The position numbers and the translations under genes were made by a program. A stretch of DNA of 64,000 nt, from positions 640,001-704,000 of the forward strand of contig CAVQXP010000004.1 in the NCBI GenBank assembly GCA_963717935.1, written 5' to 3'. Below the pieces are notes generated by a model. The model saw nothing but the letters and a program-made list of their open reading frames with translations. It was not told the origin of the DNA and did not search any database. Source of the DNA: Candidatus Eiseniibacteriota bacterium (lineage in GTDB: Bacteria; Eisenbacteria; RBG-16-71-46). Numbering within the stretch: position 1 is the stretch's first letter; each line of letters opens with the position of its first letter. This document shows, piece by piece, positions 57,869 through 64,000 of this stretch.

Positions 57869-59659
57869 CTACCTGCCGAGCACCACGAGGCGGGTGATGG
57901 CGGTCCGGTCCAGGCCCTCGAGCCGCGCGAAGTAGATCCCGGCAGGCACCGGCGAGCCGCCCGCGCCCGCGAGCGACCACTCGGTGGTGGTCGTGCCCGG
58001 CAGCGCGCGGCCCGAGAACGGCACCGCCACGCAACGGCCGCCGAGGTCGAAGATCTCGAGCCTCACATCGGCCTCGCGGCTCAGCGTGAAGCTGAGGCGC
58101 GTCGAGCGGAACAGCGGGTTGGGTGCCGCGGCGAGCGCGACCTCGTCCGCGAACAAGCCAGCGCCCGCCTCCGGCACGACGGGCGTCGGTGCGAACTCCG
58201 TGACCACCTGCGTGGCGGACGCGCCCTGGCCGTAGTCGTACGTGAAGGCCATGTAGTCGCCGCGGCAGGAGTACGCCTTGTTGTTCAACGCGCCCAGCAC
58301 GCGCGCGCGCACCTCGCCCGTGTTCGAGACGTAGGCTGCCGGCATCGTGGTGGTCCAGGTCGTGGTCACGTCCGTGGTGCCGACCGTGGCCGAGTTGACC
58401 TGCGTCCACGCGCTGGTGAAGAAGTCGTACAGGTAGAGCGTCTGCGTGCGGCTGACCGAGTAGGACCCGTCGTAGGTGAGGGTGAGCTTGACGGGCGGGT
58501 GCGCGAGCGTGGCGGAGCCGTACCAGTCGGTCGTGTACCTGCCCCCCGACCGGGCCGCGTTGATGGTGATGTAGCTGGCGTCGTTCGCGGCGAGCGAGGC
58601 CGCCGAGCCGCCGGCGATCGTGCCGTACAACGTCGTCACGCTCGAGGGCGCGACGGTCTCGGTGACGATGACCGGCGCGACCCCGCTATCGTTGTAGTAG
58701 GTGTCCGTGAAACCGGTGCCCGAGACCGTGTAGGCGGCGCCCGCGCCAGGATCGGCCTGCACGACGATGGTGCCACCCACCTTGTCCCAGCCGTCAAGGG
58801 GCGCCACGCCTTCTCCGGTCTCGGTCCAGTAGGTCTTCACGTTGTGGTTGTGGAGCCGCTCGAGCGCCTCTGCGGTGGGGTGCCCGTAGGAGTTCCCGTC
58901 GCCGACGGAGATGACACCGACCTCTGCGGTCACCGCGCTCAGCCAGCTGTCGATCGACGAGGTGGCCGAGCCGTGGTGGTGGACCTTGTAGACCTCGACG
59001 TCCCCGACCTCGGGGCCGACCGTGGTCTCGACGTCGGAGTCCCAGTCGTCGCCGGAGAGATCGCCGCCCAGGACCTCGTCGAAGGCGCCATAGGTGACCT
59101 TGTAGACCGTGCTCAGCGCATTCTCGTCCGTGCCGAAATAGACGCCCGCGCCGTTCAGGTCCACGCACCTGACCAGGACGGGGTCCGCCGCCCCCGCGTC
59201 GAGTGTGATGACCTGATCCTTCGCGATGGTCGTGCGCAGCGCGCCCAGGGTGTTGACGTAGGTCGTATACGTGGCGGTCGTGTAGGAGCCGCCCCGGTCG
59301 TAGCCCGCGGTGGTCACGGTGATGCCGATGGCCGCGAGGTCGTCGATGCAGCCGATGTGGTCCGAGTGGTAGTGCGTGGTGAAGTGGTACTTCAGGTTCG
59401 TGATGCCGAGACCCTGCAGGTAGGACTTGATGCCGCTGCAATCGGTGTAGGTGCCGTCGTCGAACAGCGCGGTCTCGCCCAGCGGCGAGATCAGCAGGAT
59501 GCCGTCGCCCTGGCCGACGTCGATGTGATGGATCTGGAGCTTGCCATTGCCGGCAGCCAGCGCAAGGGCGGGGACGAGGAGGAGGACGAGGGCGGCGGGG
59601 ACGAAGAGCCGCAGGGAACGGAGGGCACGGCCTGGCCAGCGGACATGGAACCGTCGCAT
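57869..59659 (-). CDS. Secreted ComEC/Rec2-type MBL-fold hydrolase with C-terminal FlgD-Ig/T9SS-like domain
   Basis: IDVGQGD, THYHSDHIG, GD, KVHHHGS, NSYGHP; C-terminal PNPL..STRLSFTL...LEIFDLGGR...PAGIYFARL; signal peptide. Confidence 0.82.
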   Translation of the reverse strand: MRRFHVRWPGRALRSLRLFVPAALVLLLVPALALAAGNGKLQIHHIDVGQGDGILLISPLGETALFDDGTYTDCSGIKSYLQGLGITNLKYHFTTHYHSDHIGCIDDLAAIGITVTTAGYDRGGSYTTATYTTYVNTLGALRTTIAKDQVITLDAGAADPVLVRCVDLNGAGVYFGTDENALSTVYKVTYGAFDEVLGGDLSGDDWDSDVETTVGPEVGDVEVYKVHHHGSATSSIDSWLSAVTAEVGVISVGDGNSYGHPTAEALERLHNHNVKTYWTETGEGVAPLDGWDKVGGTIVVQADPGAGAAYTVSGTGFTDTYYNDSGVAPVIVTETVAPSSVTTLYGTIAGGSAASLAANDASYITINAARSGGRYTTDWYGSATLAHPPVKLTLTYDGSYSVSRTQTLYLYDFFTSAWTQVNSATVGTTDVTTTWTTTMPAAYVSNTGEVRARVLGALNNKAYSCRGDYMAFTYDYGQGASATQVVTEFAPTPVVPEAGAGLFADEVALAAAPNPLFRSTRLSFTLSREADVRLEIFDLGGRCVAVPFSGRALPGTTTTEWSLAGAGGSPVPAGIYFARLEGLDRTAITRLVVLGR

Positions 59660-60001
59660 CGGGGGCACCTCTTCTGAGGTTCGTGACGGGGCGTGCGCAT
59701 GTCCGCGCACGCGGTTCCTGAGCCTGCGCGGAATATAGTCGGCTCCCCGGCGCGATGCCAGAGAAAGATGGAGGCGCGGCTGCCCGGCGGCCTCGTCGGG
59801 GCCGCCGCCGGACGGGGCCGCGACCCGCCGGCGTCCCCCTGCGTTCGAAGGACCGGATCCCCGCCCGGGACACAGTCTCCTAGGCCCCGAGTAGCGCATG
59901 GCGACGACTGCGGCCATGGGTGCTACGCTCGGGTTGGCGCTGCGGCGCGGTTCGAATGCCCACGATGGATGGAGCGAGGAGGGCGAGGGGGTGCAGCCTA
60001 G

Positions 60002-61015
60002 ATGACTCCAGCCGGGCCGAGGCGCGTCCTGGCCGTCCGCGTGGGCCGCGGGGGTGATCTGGTCATGATCACGCCCGCGCTGCGCATGTTGCTCGATGGC
60101 CTCCCCGGCGCGGAGCTGGACCTGCTGACGAGCGCCGACGGGCGGCGCATCCTGCGGGGCTTCGATCCGCGCCTGGCGTGTTTTCACCTCTACCACCGGC
60201 GCTTTCCCGGCTCGCTCTTCCTGCGTCCCCGCCTGCGCCGGGCGCTGCGGCGGGAGGGCTACGAGCGGATCTATCTGTTCGAGTCGCATCCGCACTACCG
60301 CTCGCTCGTCGAAGGCGCCGCACCCGAGATCCACTCGCTCGGGATCGCCTCGCCGGGGAGGCACTACGCCGACCGCTGTCTGGACGTCGTCGAGCCCACG
60401 CTCCCGGGCTCGCCGCCACGCGGATGGATCTCGCTTCCGCTGACCGAAGCCGCCCGCGCCGCGGCCGCGCGCTACCTTGCGGTCCACGGACTCGCGGACG
60501 GCGACCGGCTGGTCGGCCTTCACCTGACGTTCAGCGAGTCCGCGCGCGGCCTGTTCGCGGGGCGGCGCGGTCTCAAGAACCGCCGGTGGTCACCCTCCGC
60601 CGGCGCCGATCTGGCGCGGAGGCTCGCCGAGCACGGGCGTTCGCAGGGGCGCCCGATCCGCCCGGTGGTGGACATCCTGCCGCACGAGCGCGGCCTGCTC
60701 GCCGGATTCCTCGAGCGTGCGGGTGATGCCGTCACGGTGCTCTCGGGCCCGCCCGATTTCGAGCGCTACAAGGCGGTGCTCTCGCGGCTCGCGCTGCTGG
60801 TCACGCCCAATACTGGGCCGATGCACGTCGCGGCGGCCGTCGGCACGCCGGTCGTGGCGTTGTTCTCGGGCTGGTCGCCTGCGGAATGCGGACCGTTCGT
60901 GCCGCCCGAGCGCACGCGCATCCTGCGCGCCGAGGACACGGCCGAGCCCGGGCGCGGACTGGCCGCGATCTCCGCCGCCGCGGTCTTCGAGGCCTGCCGG
61001 ACCTTCCTGCCCTGA
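60002..61015 (+). CDS. Glycosyltransferase family 9 (heptosyltransferase-like)
   Basis: VRVGRGGDLVMITP; NTGPMHVAAAVGTPVVALF. Confidence 0.88.
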   Translation: MTPAGPRRVLAVRVGRGGDLVMITPALRMLLDGLPGAELDLLTSADGRRILRGFDPRLACFHLYHRRFPGSLFLRPRLRRALRREGYERIYLFESHPHYRSLVEGAAPEIHSLGIASPGRHYADRCLDVVEPTLPGSPPRGWISLPLTEAARAAAARYLAVHGLADGDRLVGLHLTFSESARGLFAGRRGLKNRRWSPSAGADLARRLAEHGRSQGRPIRPVVDILPHERGLLAGFLERAGDAVTVLSGPPDFERYKAVLSRLALLVTPNTGPMHVAAAVGTPVVALFSGWSPAECGPFVPPERTRILRAEDTAEPGRGLAAISAAAVFEACRTFLP

Positions 61016-61117
61016 GGGGTGACGGAGCGGCAGCCGTCCCCGGGAACGGGCCCGCGGGGCGCTCGACGCTCCCCGCAGCCCCGTGTAGACTCCGTGCGCT
61101 TCCGGCTGCTCGGAGCC

Positions 61118-62347
61118 ATGAATCCCCGAGAACCGAGGGTCCCCGACGTGTGGTCCATCATCGAAGACAAGGTCCGGCGCGCCGAGCGGCTGACGAGCGC
61201 CGAGGGTGTCTACCTGCTCACCGAGGCGCCGCTGCTCGAGTTGGGCGCGCTCGCTCACGAGGTGCGCTCGCGCAGGAACGACCCGCGCCTCGTCACCTAC
61301 GTCCTCGACACGAACCCCAACTACACGAACGTCTGCACGGTGGATTGCCACTTCTGCGCCTTCCACCGCAGACCCGGCGCGAACGCGCCGGACGCCTACG
61401 CTCACGATGTCGAAGGCGTGATGCGGATGATGGAGGCGGCCGACAGGATCGGCGCCACGACGGTGCTGCTGCAGGGCGGGCTCAACCCGGCGATCCCCTG
61501 GGAGTTCTATCCGACCATCGTGCGCGAGTCGCTGCGGCGCTGGCCGCACATCACGCCGCACTTCTTCTCGGCGCCCGAGATCCACCAGATGGCCGCGGTC
61601 TCGGGTCTCACGGTGCGCGGCGTGCTCGAAGCGCTCCACGCGGCGGGGCAGCGGACGCTTCCGGGCGGTGGCGCCGAGATCCTGGCGGAGCGCGTGCGGC
61701 AGCGTGTCTCGGTCAGGAAGGGCGGGCCCGAGACCTGGCTCGACGTGCACCGCGAGGCGCACCGGGTGGGCATGCGCTCCACCGCCACGATGATGTACGG
61801 GCACGTCGAGACCGACGCCGAGGTGGTCGAACACTTCGACCACCTCCGCGGCCTGCAGGACGAGACGAAGGGCTTCACGGCCTTCGTGCCCTGGTCCTAC
61901 AAGCGTGGCAACACCCCGATGGAGGCGAGGGTCCCGAGGGTGGCGGGCGCTTCGCGCTACCTGCGGATCCTCGCGTCCGCGCGGCTCTACCTCGACAACT
62001 TCGACCACATCCAGGCGTCGTGGTTCGGCGAGGGCAAGAAGACCGGGCAGATCGCGCTGCATTTCGGCGCCGACGACTTCGGCGGCACGCTTTTCGAGGA
62101 GTACGTCCATCTCGCCACCGGACACCTCAACAGGGTGACGCAGCCCGAGATCGAGACGCTCATCCGCGAGGCCGGCTTCACGCCGGCGCGGCGCACCACG
62201 CTCTACGAGATCCTGAGCGTGAGCGAGGGCCCGGCGGCGCTCGAGCTCCCGGGCGAAGACGTGCCGCTCTTCGTCGAGAACCTGCGCGAGCTGCCGGCCG
62301 AGTATCCCGCCGAGCTGGAAGGCGAGGAGCGCGCGGGCGGGGGCTGA
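61118..62347 (+). CDS. mqnC: Cyclic dehypoxanthinyl futalosine synthase (radical SAM)
   Basis: NYTNVCTVDCHFCAF, LLQGGLNP, STATMMYGH.E, FTAFVPWS, YLDNFDHIQASW, GADDFGGT. Confidence 0.88.
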   Translation: MNPREPRVPDVWSIIEDKVRRAERLTSAEGVYLLTEAPLLELGALAHEVRSRRNDPRLVTYVLDTNPNYTNVCTVDCHFCAFHRRPGANAPDAYAHDVEGVMRMMEAADRIGATTVLLQGGLNPAIPWEFYPTIVRESLRRWPHITPHFFSAPEIHQMAAVSGLTVRGVLEALHAAGQRTLPGGGAEILAERVRQRVSVRKGGPETWLDVHREAHRVGMRSTATMMYGHVETDAEVVEHFDHLRGLQDETKGFTAFVPWSYKRGNTPMEARVPRVAGASRYLRILASARLYLDNFDHIQASWFGEGKKTGQIALHFGADDFGGTLFEEYVHLATGHLNRVTQPEIETLIREAGFTPARRTTLYEILSVSEGPAALELPGEDVPLFVENLRELPAEYPAELEGEERAGGG

Positions 62348-62432
62348 CCCTCTCCGAGCGCACGCTTCGAGCCCCCGCTGGCACACCGCTTCCCCTCATC
62401 GTAGTCTCTCCGTCCTCACATGGAGGACTGTC

Positions 62433-64000
<1,568 letters not shown>

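Overview
High-GC (about 70% by eye) bacterial chromosomal segment next to the replication origin. The gene content (TonB receptors, a FlgD-Ig/T9SS-like C-terminal domain, futalosine menaquinone pathway, a Fibrobacter-type LexA box) suggests an FCB-related diderm such as Ca. Eisenbacteria; this is inference only. The left end carries the conserved rnpA-yidD-yidC-jag-mnmE-mnmG-rsmG-parA-parB cluster with two parS sites, then a bactofilin and a two-lobed aspartyl protease-PDZ gene. The most unusual locus is 13.2-15.4 kb. There lexA is followed by an IS200/IS605 TnpA-like gene that lacks the first HUH histidine and the catalytic Tyr. Both genes have a TG[CA]AC-N4-GTGCA palindrome upstream. Beside them lie a low-GC island with two copies of an imperfect palindrome and a ~180-nt structured RNA candidate. 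Further right are a TBDR-EamA-ubiA-like-ubiX-ubiD run, an MFS-BtpA-PfkB-PsuG cluster, an AT3-SGNH fusion lacking the SGNH serine, and four tandem CBM9-like/DUF5916 paralogs with an S41 peptidase. Recurrent AAC-N17-CGT (ECF-type) promoter motifs, mqnE/mqnA/mqnC, recQ, a frameshifted TBDR, a secreted MBL-fold hydrolase and a thioredoxin-NHL gene running off the right edge complete the window. All calls come from motif recognition by eye; no searches were run.
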